A stretch of 64,000 nucleotides of DNA from Octopus vulgaris (lineage: Eukaryota). Made by a program: the position numbers and the translations under genes. The stretch lies in NCBI GenBank assembly GCA_951406725.2, contig OX597814.1, forward strand, positions 37,944,001-38,008,000, written 5' to 3'. The notes below the pieces were generated by a model. That model had not been told where the DNA came from. It made no database searches and saw nothing but the letters and a program-made list of their open reading frames with translations. This document shows, in pieces, positions 29,199 through 40,793 of this stretch (its first letter is position 1; each line of letters opens with the position of its first letter).

Positions 29199-31774
29199 TA
29201 TATTATTATAGGCTCTCCAGTCGTAAAATGACGTATGGGGCTCTCAAGATTTCTGGCTGAACAACAGAAAGAGGAGCAATATATGCCACATGCCAGAGCA
29301 AAGAAGTGCAAACACAGTAAACTACGAGGTAGCATTACCTGCCTCAATTTACTGCTTAGGGAGAATATAGCAAAAAACATGATAAATACTGATATATCCG
29401 TGAGCAAGTAAATCTCCTCCGCGGAGCAAAATTAGAAACACACAAACACAACACTTCGCTGGAGCAGAGCCACTTAAAAACGTAGAGAATAACACGGACA
29501 GATTAAATAAGTGTTCTTTTATATTAAGTCTTACCAAACATGTAGTAGAAAATACTCTATGAAACTGAAGAAAGGGCCGCACGAAAGAAGCAGAATACAA
29601 TTGCTGTAAGTTACTAAATAAATTGATGGTCTTTTAAACCACACACATATACAGATAAGGTTGATCATATTCCAAAACATAAAGTGAAACAATATTCTTA
29701 TGTAAATGTGAAATGAAAGGAAAATGTATGAGGCATGTATATTAAAAGTCCACGCAACTTTATATATTACTTATCCCAAAATAATAGTCATTCTAAAATA
29801 TGTTTCATTAAATATTTTATGATTATGCACTTGATAAAACAGCAAGTAAAAAACAACAGTGATACGAGGATTGAAGCGACGTTAATACCTCCACCCATAG
29901 AGATCCAATAAGCCATTGAGAAAGTAGAGCACATTCAAATTTACAGAAATGTAACCAGAAACCTCTAAGTGAAAACAAAACAAAGAAATGCTACAAAAAG
30001 ACTTGCTTATTTTCAATCGTTGAAACATACTTAGAGCAGTAGTATTCAGAGAAATATCAGACAAGAATTATCTCTGGCTCAAAATATCCTTCCCACTTAT
30101 ATTAGCTATGAAAATAATATAAGAACCACGAATATATATTCGTTGCATTTGATATATACAGGTAAGTTTACTGTCAAAAATATCTTAAACGCAACGAAAT
30201 ATACATTTCCTCAAAAAATTCCAATGAAATCATATTCATGAAAATAGGTAAAAACTGCAACAAATGTATTTCGTAAATGAATCACAAAAAAACAGAAAAG
30301 AAAGGAATGAAAATATTTTTTACAGTTTGACAATTAAGATATCTTCACATTATCAAAATAGCTAAAGAACAATGTATAGCCAACATAATTTGACAAGTAT
30401 TTGTGCACTTTGGAGAAAAATTATTCATAAAGAAAATATTTGATAATATAAATAAACAAATCAATATACTAAAATAGAATGATAACAATATGAACAACAA
30501 ATCAAAACAGTGACCCGTAATAACTAACACGTTGCAAGAAAATATAAATCAATTATTTACATGTCACACATCAAGTAATGCAATCAAAAGCATGAAGAAA
30601 CGTGATTGGCTAATGGATATAAAATATATGAATATATACTTCGTTGTTGAAATTTATGTCAGCACTGATATTCAGAGAGGTACTCACAGACACACAAACA
30701 CAGGCATACCTAATATGTCCGTGTAATTGTGTATGTGAGTATAAATGTGTATGTACACATATAAGAATAATGTAATTTGCATGATACTTTGTATGTGTGA
30801 GGAAAGATTCTTGTAAGACATCTTTTGAAGACACAGTTCAGGACATAAACAATATAAGTATCTTGATGCTAACGAATGAAACCCAAGGGGAAAGATTTAG
30901 ATTTACCATTGAATGGCTGTTTAATGACTTTAGAATATTCCATAAAAAAAATATACTTTTGAAACGAGAGGGAAAATTCTTATATGTCACGAACTTTCTT
31001 TATTCTATTTGAACAAAAAACGGTTTAGCCAAAATGTTATTAGGTTATTAAATACCATATAGGATATAACAAAATAGTCTCATTCAATAACATCACATTA
31101 CATATGTCACGTAACTCCTGGTATGGATTGAGCAAGATATTTTCTAAGCAATTAACTGATGTATTATAATGCTAATGCCTCTTCACGTGTTCACATTCAC
31201 TCATTGCCTTGGTGCTATATGATATGATTGTCGAAAATTATATGGAGTGCAGCACGTATATAGTCTTCTTACTCTCCATTTCTTCAGCCGCTAAAACGGC
31301 GTACGTATTTATTATAAACATAAACACATACACACAGAGAAGCAAGCACATGCATACGTATACATACATATGTACATATACATATACATATACTAATACA
31401 TATACTAATACTATATACATATACTAATTCTAATACATACTAATACATACTAATACATACACCAACCCCATACATACGCACGTCCAGACCAATCCTACGC
31501 ACTAATACTCTCTCATACACACACACTTATACATACTAATACATACACCAACCCTATACATACACACGTCCAGACCCCTCCTACGCACTATTAGCTGGTC
31601 CTTCAACCCTATTATCAACCCTATTATCAACCCTATTATCTCCCCTTATTTCGCTCTCGCGTCTCATGTTTGATCTTTGACCTCTGGCCGAAATCAGATC
31701 GCCATGTTGATTCGTTAGCTACTGCACGCATTTTTTCTCTCTCCTTCTTTCTGTGTTTTTTTTCTCTCTGTGTA

Positions 31775-31812
31775 TCTTTCCGTTGAAGAGCGTAGGCTCG
31801 AAACGTTAAAGA
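31775..31812 (+). ncRNA. Minimal hammerhead-like motif with variant core, inside a PLE-like fragment (~31420-31912)
   Basis: tcttt CCGTTGA a gagc gtag gctc GAAA cg TT aaaga. Stems I and II are perfect, and stem III is the palindrome AACGTT. Confidence 0.6.
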
Positions 31813-31937
31813 CTTGTTTTATTTATATTTCCTGAGCGCCATACTAATACAATTGTTCGTTTGTTTTCCACCTGCCTTCGTCTTTTGTCTATTTTCATAA
31901 AGCTTCCCGTTACATATACATATACATATACATATAT

Positions 31938-31972
<35 letters not shown>

Positions 31973-31988
31973 AATATATATATATATC

Positions 31989-32033
<45 letters not shown>

Positions 32034-32040
32034 ATATATA

Positions 32041-32200
32041 TGAAGAAGGGGAATTTTCCTTGTTTTGTATGTCCTGTAATCTATTTTTTCGTTGTTTAAG
32101 AAAAATGTCCGTTTCATTGGTTTTGTGTGTGTTCTCGTTTCTCAATGCGTTCGACGTTTTTTTGGTGTCCTGTACCCATATATACATGTATATATACATG
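32041..32200 (+). mobile_element. 3' fragment of the 39990-40390 family, starting within the CTGAAGA box
   Basis: tgaagaaggggaattttcc...gtcctgtacccata matches the reverse complement of 40010-40149. Confidence 0.7.
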
Positions 32201-32268
32201 TAGAGGTAGGTACGTACATATATGTATGTATATATGCATATGTTTTATTTATTTATTAAATTATTATC

Positions 32269-32344
<76 letters not shown>

Positions 32345-32353
32345 CTAGCTACC

Positions 32354-32446
<93 letters not shown>

Positions 32447-32448
<2 letters not shown>

Positions 32449-32666
32449 TTCTCTTTCTCTTTTACTTGTTTCAGTCATTTGATCTGCGGCCATGCTGGAG
32501 CACCGACTTTAATCGAGCAACTCGACCCCGGGACTTATTCTTTTGTAAGCCCAGTACTTATTCTATCGGTCTTTTGCCGAACTGCTAAGTAACGGGGACA
32601 TAAACACACCAGTATCGGTTGTCAAGTAATGCTAGGGGGACAAACACAGACACACAAACACACACA

Positions 32667-32752
<86 letters not shown>

Positions 32753-32924
32753 CATATATACGACGGGCTTCTTTCAGTTTCCGTCTACGAAATCCACTCA
32801 CAAGGCTTTGGTCAGCCCGTGGCTATAGTAGAAGACACTTGCCGAAGGTGCCACGCAGTGGGACTGAACTCGGAACCATGTGGTTGGTAAACAAACTACT
32901 TGTCAAACAGTCATTCCTGCGCCT
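32447..32924 (-). mobile_element. Full-length CORE-type tRNA-SINE (resembles octopus OR2) with internal (TA)n/(TG)n
   Basis: Head aggcgcagga..., B-box-like gagttcagtccc, CORE-like ggcaccttcggcaagtgtcttct, and a LINE-like 3' tail. Confidence 0.9.
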
Positions 32925-33013
32925 ATATATATGTATATGTAAAAAATAACAAACTGGGACAAGAATGCAAAACATTTAGAAGACGATACAAAAAACACGG
33001 ACGGGACATTCGA

Positions 33014-33079
33014 AGCCTTCAATCTCCAGTGAAGAACCGGGTCATCCTTGCAATTTCGGCTGATTAATCTTGAGATCGC
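33014..33079 (-). ncRNA. Hammerhead-core motif with non-canonical strand order (candidate pseudoknotted HHR)
   Basis: gcga TC tcaaga ttaatc agcc GAAA ttgc aaggatgacccggt tcttca CTGGAGA ttgaa ggct. Confidence 0.6.
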
Positions 33080-33166
33080 TCCGATCCGGCCAACCCCAAA
33101 GAAAAACTAAGCTACGAGCTTTAGATATCTTGGAAAAAAAATCGTATGTATACGAAACAAGGACAG

Positions 33167-33259
<93 letters not shown>

Positions 33260-33269
33260 CAATTATTTT

Positions 33270-33400
33270 TCTCTTATTTGTTTCTGCCATTTGACCACGG
33301 CCATGCTTGAGCACCGTCTTTAGTCGAACAGTTTGACCCCAGGAATTAATCATTGTAAAATTAGTAATTAATCTGTCCTTAAGTTACGGTATAAATACAC
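33270..33400 (-). mobile_element. CORE-type SINE 3' fragment
   Basis: ggccatgcttgagcaccgtctttagtcgaac. Confidence 0.75.
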
Positions 33401-33402
33401 CC

Positions 33403-33454
<52 letters not shown>

Positions 33455-33456
<2 letters not shown>

Positions 33457-34725
33457 TTGTTTAGTTTTGACAATTTTCAGCTCATGAGCTGTGGCTATGC
33501 TGGGGCACTGCCATTTGAATTTGCTACAAAATCTTCTTTCAGTATTTCTATTCAGATTTTAATATTTGGTGCATGAGGGGGTTTCATGACAATGCCTTCA
33601 TCTGCATTTTCTGTGAAGTTGGTTCAGCTGGGACACTTGAGAGCAAGAGGACACTTGACAGTTGAAAACACTTACAACCACCCCATGTGGGCCTCTCAAT
33701 AATTTCGGGAGTATATTGAAGAGCTGTGGGCCTTTAAAGCATCGGCTGTTGCAATATTTTTTCCTTTATCTTGATGTCACAGTTGAAGTCTTTGGCAATA
33801 AACAGTTGTTCCTAGCTCTAGCATAAGTGTAACTCACGATACCAAAGTTTGGGACAAGTCCTTCTAGATGTATTTTCTGGTACATCTTTCCCGCCTACGC
33901 TCTAGGGAATAGAGTCTCATACTCTTGAGTCTTTCCCAGTAGCTTATATGCTGCATAGAGGCTAACTACATCTTGTAGCTTCGTTTCATTGTTTCAAGTA
34001 CTGCAATTAATTTTACACTGGTTGGTGACCATAGCTGTGAGCAATTTTCAAAATAGCGTCTTCAGGGTTCTGTATCACCTGTGAGACTTTTGCGTCGTGT
34101 AAATAAATTGTGATCATGGCTCTCTGTGTGGTTGAGGGCATATCTGAGGGGGCGGGGGTCATTATGAACTGTGGTGGTCCCAAAATAGTACCTTCTGGAA
34201 AACCGTTCATTATTTGCTTGTCATTAGCTACTACCATGACTTCTATCCTTCAGAAAGTTATGCAGCCATTACCTCAATTTCCCAGCTAAACCGAAATCAC
34301 ACAGTTTGTGGCATATCACTCTGTGATCGAATTTATCGAAGGCCTTTGCAATGTCGAAGTATATCACATCAACATTTGAGTAGTTGAGCCGCTGTTTAAA
34401 CACCCTGTCGGAAGTTTCTTAGAGCTGAGTCAGGCAGCTTTTTCCTGTTCGAAAACCATGTTGTGTGTCAGTCAGCAACTCATTTTCATCAAGGAAGGTG
34501 ATTAGAGTTCTTCTGACTAGTCGTTCAATGACTTTGCTTTTGGGTGAGGTCAGAGAAATAGGTTAGAAGTTTTTGCCTTCTGCTCTTTTACCTTGTAAAT
34601 GAATATGGCATATTTTACCCTCCCTCAGCTTGGAAGCTCTGGAAGAAGGACTGCAGTGATGCTGCAAGGATTTACTTATATGTGTTTAGAAGGATTGCTG
34701 GGAATTTTTTCAATCTCCAGCAGTT
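33455..34725 (-). mobile_element. CR1-group LINE, 5'-truncated, decayed RT plus 3' tail
   Basis: DTQHGFRTGKSCLTQ, NVDVIYFDIAKAFDKFDH, GFPEGTILGP, YWERLKSMRLYSLERRRER, FKGPQLFNILP. Confidence 0.85.
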
Positions 34726-36232
34726 GTATTTTTAGGTGGGAGTTTTCACTTCTTTTAGTTTGTTTGTTTAAGTGATTTGAACATTGTCTACACAGTTTCA
34801 GAAGAATTTTCCTCTCGCTGGGTATTTTGTTCTTGCGTACATTGACCTTTTCCTCCGGGACACATACTTAGTATATGGCTTGCAATACAGACATAAATTG
34901 TTAAAGTTTCATGTCGATATCGAGTGAGAAGACACATTTAGGCTAGTTCTGTTTCAGAAATTCTTTCATAATTTGTTTTCAGATGCCCCAATAACGAACT
35001 ACTTCAGCACACATATATAAGTACGCCATGCCCAGAACAAGAACAAAATAATGCAAATAAATTGATCATACAACAATTTTCAAATACGAGGAAGCAAACA
35101 TTACAAAGATGCCACTAAAAAGTAACGTCCCTTGATTCATTGATTCATCGTCTTGTTCACGTGAGTTTCCGAGAACTCTCGCAAATACAACTGACATGCA
35201 TGCGATTTTTAAAATGGTAGTGAACACCTCCAAGTGATACGCTTCAAAATTTGGTAAGACACTGGGATATATTCCTACCTTTCTTAACACGAAACCAGTG
35301 GTTGCCTTAATTTATAATTAAAAAAAAAAAAAAGATATCAACCAATGCGGTGTTGATCGCTCATTTTCATCGTTCGGCACTTAGGTATACATACATAAAA
35401 CCGTAAATTTCATTTGTATCTTATATTTCAAATGTATTAAACTGTTGTTTCATAAATATACAGTCTATTAAATTTATAATATATTATAGCGTTCTTATAT
35501 ACCGAATAATATGTAATAATATATATTCCACGAAAATAATATTTGGTCACGATTAACGTATGAACTGTACGTACAATTTTAATTTTAGTCTGTTTCTCTA
35601 AATACGTTGCACTCAAAACCCATACATTTATGTATACAAGCAAATGCTATATATGTGTATCATGTACATACGTCTATATCTATATATGTGTTCCTTCATA
35701 TGCACATATATATGTATAGGTAGGTGTGCTGGAGTGAGGGCTCTATACCCGGAACGGCAAAGACACTTCTACTTCGATTTTGTGTTGAAGTGTACATCCA
35801 GTAAAATTAAGCAAACTTTTATCCCATTTCATGTGATATATCTTGTTTAATTATTCTTTATTCATAATTCTGGCACAGTCACTAAAAGTTTCCTCAATTT
35901 TACTTTGCTCTACATTGCTTACAGTCACGTGCTTACAGATGCTTCTCCTCCTTCCTCTAATACCCCTATCATTTCTCTCGCTTCTATGTTTCAACCACAC
36001 TACTTCTTTTTATGTTCTCCTTTCTTTCACATTAAGGCCTTTCTCATTAAAGCAACAAATCCCCGTTTTATTTTTGTCTTATCACTAGATGCGTGAAACT
36101 AAAAACACGTTTGTGTTATTGTGCTTTTCATGTTTTTCCTTAATCATCAGATAGATATACATACTTATACATACATATATATGTGTGTGTCTATACATAC
36201 TATACATACATATATATGTGTGTGTGTGTGTG

Positions 36233-36296
<64 letters not shown>

Positions 36297-36353
36297 TATA
36301 AACATATACATATATGTATCATATATATTCATGTTTATATACATATATGTATA

Positions 36354-36399
<46 letters not shown>

Positions 36400-36503
36400 A
36401 GTGGGTGTATGTATATGTATATACATAATTATGTAGAGGTACATAATATTAATATATATACATACACATGTACGTACTTACATATCTGCATCTTCATTAT
36501 GAA

Positions 36504-36566
<63 letters not shown>

Positions 36567-37593
36567 GTCTATGATATACACACGCATATACATATACATA
36601 AAGAGTTGAAAAAGTTGGGGGGTGATTCCGCATGCTGGTAGATATACAATAAGGTGTTAGTTGAAAAACACAGAAATCCAGGGATATTTTTTGTCTCATG
36701 ATAATTTAGCCTCTGTAAGCGATAAATCACGGTATCATAAAACATAAATTCTCATGAAAACATAAATTCAAATTTAGTGTTGTTTATAATTTTGTCGCTT
36801 TTTACTCGACGTCAATAAAAGTACCTTCTTGAATTTCCCCTCCACTAATATACACGCTGAGATTATAAGACATTAATTTTCTGGTGACGTTAATTGCTTT
36901 TTCAAATTTATCAAAATATATAAACAAGCCTAAACACTTATATCATTTCCCAAATACTACCTTCAATTTTAATGTATGAGTGTGTTATATAGGTAAAGAT
37001 TATACCTATTTAAATAACATATTTTTTCTGATATTTTTTACAATTGCTATTACCTTCTCAGTACTCTTTTGAAGATTTTCTTATATATGTCAGATGGAAT
37101 ACAGAGTATCTATCAAATACGCTTTCATCACAATACGACATATATGAACTGAATAATTCACTGGATTCCTCAAATCCATCCGCCAGTTATGCTGTGTTTG
37201 AATTTTCTCGTTTAAATGTATACAAAATCAGGCAAATTAGCACCTGTGCACACCTTTGTGGTCACCTTCTGCGCCTACAATTTGACCCAGTGTTGGGTGT
37301 CAATAGCCCTGACAATCTAAGTTGGACCAGTACTAAGGCTGCATCTAAAATTCAGATTTCTTCAAAGCTCGAAGCAATTGCGAGCCCAACAGCAGTTGAT
37401 AGAGTACACATGCGAAGTAAAGCTCACCGAGGACAGTTGAGTTTTTCCTTATACTGCATAGTTGCTACAGACACGTTCTTTCCAAGGCTCATTCAGAGAA
37501 AATACGTTTGACTAGAATAATTGGAGAAGCTAACAGTATGTAAACACAACTGTTTCTAGTGACACATAGAATATAAAGTCGAGCAAATACCGA

Positions 37594-37824
37594 TTTCTTT
37601 ACTACCCACAAGGGGCTAAACACAGAGGGGACAAACAAGGACAGACAAACGGATTCAGTCGATTACATCGACCCCAGTGTGCAACTGGTACTTAATTTAT
37701 CGACCCCGAAAGGATGAAAGGCAAAGTCGACCTAAGCATAATTTGAATTCTGAACGTAGCGGCAGACGAAATACCGCTAAGCATTTTGCCCGGCGAGCTA
37801 ACGTTTCTGCCAGCTTACCGCCTT
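37594..37824 (-). mobile_element. Meta/MESC-domain tRNA-SINE, full length
   Basis: Head aaggcggtaagctggcagaa and central gcctttcatcctttcggggtcgataaattaagtacc. A tail fragment of the same family is at ~14360-14415. Confidence 0.85.
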
Positions 37825-38506
37825 AAAAAGCTATATGCTGAATAAGCACTGTTATGTTAACTGTATTATTGCGATCATCTAATCACACGATTGGTTAACA
37901 TACGGGTCAATATTTTCAGTTGGCTAGAGCTTAGAAATTGTTTATACGGAAAATACTCATTGGCCTGCAGTAGTCAATTCTGAATGCCATCAGTTGTTTC
38001 TAATGTGTTAATGCCATTTGTTATAAAGCAAGACATTTTGATAATGTAAATTCTTAAAATCCGAATATTTGATGTCAAAATTGGAAGGTGTTGGGATTTC
38101 CATCAGTAACAGACATACGTATACAGCATTCTAGGTACAGCCAAATTATTGGCTTCGTGGTTATCTGCGATTTGAGGTTAGACTGGAAACTGCTGTGCTC
38201 ATATTTCAAATTGAATACGGGTCTCAATATGTAAATGATTTCTACTATAACTCACGGCTGCTTAAAGACATTCCAATAGCAATTTTTATCAAAAAAATAG
38301 AACCTATAAAGTAGTTGTATATATCTGTGAGAGTTTGTTTATATATATGATACTTTATGCGTGTATATATATATATATATATATAAGTGTGTCTGTTTAG
38401 AAACGGAGCAATGCAAAAACCTGTGTATGAATATCCAATAATATACATGTGTATTTGTACATATATACATATAAATATATATGCATACACAAGTATGTAT
38501 CTATCT

Positions 38507-38545
<39 letters not shown>

Positions 38546-38698
38546 ACGTACATATACAGATATTCATATACATATGTTTACGTACGTATATGTACATATG
38601 CATACACATATATGCACACACATAAACATACATACATAATTTACTCGCACTAAGTGTGATTCAGTGTGCTGACTTACATACGTTGATAGAAGTAAGAT

Positions 38699-39003
38699 TT
38701 AAAATAAGCTTAATGCTGTAGGAAGAGCGCAGACATGCATGACGTCAGTGGAAATAACCTCCCTATACCGATTCGAAAATTTTTATAGTAGACGAGTAGC
38801 TCTTTGCAGTTCGTACACACCTTCGGTGAGGACCGCTTCATCGGTTAACGCTGGCTCCCAACATATTTGTATTTATCATTTATGTCTACAGAAGAGACGA
38901 AATTAGACGTCTACTCTGAAGATTTTTGAATCGGCATATGGCAGTTGATTTTGCATTCAGTATGTATGTCTGCAGTCTTCCTACAACATTACGAATATTT
39001 TAA
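38699..39003. repeat. Imperfect foldback (old MITE-like)
   Basis: taatgctgtaggaaga/tcttcctacaacatta, gcagacatgcat/atgtatgtctgc, ccgattcgaaaat/atttttgaatcgg, agtagacg/cgtctact. Confidence 0.78.
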
Positions 39004-39797
39004 CTCTTAATTCGAGCAAAGTAGGGGCGTGGCACGCTTTGTCAGAATTAATGATGACTGAATATTTCCTTTATGGTATTACGTTATATATAGCTGTTTA
39101 TATTAATTTTTCATATATATATATATATATATATACATGTTAGATATATATATGTGTGTACGTGAACATATATATATATGTGCATATATATATACATGTG
39201 TATATATATTTATGTGTTTATCTACGTTTGTGGGGTTATGGACATATGGTTATGTACATAATGCGAGTGTGTGAACATGGAGTTAAATATGGTGGAAAGT
39301 CACTTACGACATATCATTTTCATCTAGGACATGTTATTCTATGGTTTGATGAAGTAGGTGAGGGAGTAATTTGTATATGGGTCACAGCATACCAATTCCG
39401 AATAGCTGTGCTGTTGATGTATGTAATGACCGCCATAAAGATACAGTCAATAAAGTTACAGTCGAAAGCAACGGAATATATTAATATAAATACGAAAACA
39501 AAGAAATATAATTAGAACAAACGCGTACAGTAGAATAGAGGAGTATTCAAAAAATTCTCATCAAAATTGATGCATAATTATGTGCAGCAAATACAACTTA
39601 GGGAAATAGTGTAGACTACTTATTCTTCTGACTGATTGTCGGTACGTATGTAGAAAAAATCTACGAATTCGTGATAACAATAGAGTTCGATGATTAGATA
39701 ATAAACTCTTCATTTTAAAAGCTTTTTATTTCTGTATCAAAGATCTTGATTAGAGAGGTTGAGGGCAAGCATCTATCATATACAAACGCACACACAA

Positions 39798-39835
<38 letters not shown>

Positions 39836-39989
39836 TTCAGTGTATATGTGTACAGACACAAAGACACACACACAATTATGTATATACTTATGTTTGTGTC
39901 TGTTCATACATATATATATACAAATATATAAATAATATATAAATATATGCATATATACGTATATATATATATATACATACCTACATCTA

Positions 39990-40390
39990 CATGTATATAT
40001 ACATGCATATATGGGTGCAGAGCATCAAAAACACGTTGAACATAATGATAAACGAAAACATAAAAAGAAAAACATGGAAACGAACTTTTTTCAAACAACG
40101 AAAAAACAGAGTACAAGACATACAACAAATGGAATATTCCCCTTCTTCAGTTGTCACTGTTTCGTCTACTCCGCGTTTCTAAGTTAAGGCCAAGACGCAT
40201 CTTTGCTGAAACAGTCCTTCCCGCAAAGCAAATTAAATCAAATTTGGGATTTTTTGCGGAGGGGTAAAAGTGGTAACAAGAACAGGACAGTAAGAACAAA
40301 ACATGACAATAGAAACCATAACAGTAAAAGACAGAACAAAGAGAATAACACAGTAAAAACAACGATGAGGGCTGTTAAGCCAAGATGATG
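39990..40390 (-). mobile_element. Dispersed repeat (probable PLE-type 3' end) carrying a permuted hammerhead motif
   Basis: Homologous to 15003-15150 and 32041-32200. Confidence 0.65.
40139..40199 (-). ncRNA. Hammerhead-core motif with non-canonical strand order (candidate pseudoknotted HHR)
   Basis: tgcg TC ttg gccttaa ctta GAAA cgcg gagtagacgaaacagtga caa CTGAAGA agggg. Confidence 0.58.
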
Positions 40391-40730
40391 GGAAAATTAC
40401 TCTGAACGCTTAAGGAGACAGCTTATGAGAGAGACAGGATAAGTATCGAACGAAATTTTATCTTAATAATTATGATGCGCACTCTTCATCTTTACTATTT
40501 CTCCTCTGTCTAAATTTCTCCCTCTCTTGTTCTTCATTGTTTTTGGTTTTCTCTACCACCCTTCTCTATTCTTTTCTTCTCCCCTTCACCGTCCCCTCTC
40601 TCTTACTCTTCCTCCTCCTCCTCCTCCTCCTCGACTCTCCCGTCACTGACACGTGATCAGAGGAAAGCCATCTTTCCAACGGCTATCTTCCCCAAGACCA
40701 GACCGCATAAACTGTCTCTCTCATAAGTAT

Positions 40731-40793
40731 GTCGCTGAAGAAGCTCATCGTATCTATATGTGTGGGTCTGTGTTCGAAAAGCAGTTTTGGACT
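40731..40793 (+). ncRNA. Decayed type I hammerhead relic
   Basis: gtcg CTGAAGA agc...ttc GAAA agcagtt TT ggac. Stems I and II are poor. Confidence 0.35.

Noticed and set aside
29560-29600. CTGAAGA...GAAA spacing like a hammerhead
   Set aside because: No stem III, no UH site and no stem I.
30031-30105. Minus-strand AG...GTATGT exon-like segment
   Set aside because: Stops in all three frames and no supporting context.
37044-37511. 155-aa ORF
   Set aside because: Non-ATG start, no recognisable domain and no clear splice context.
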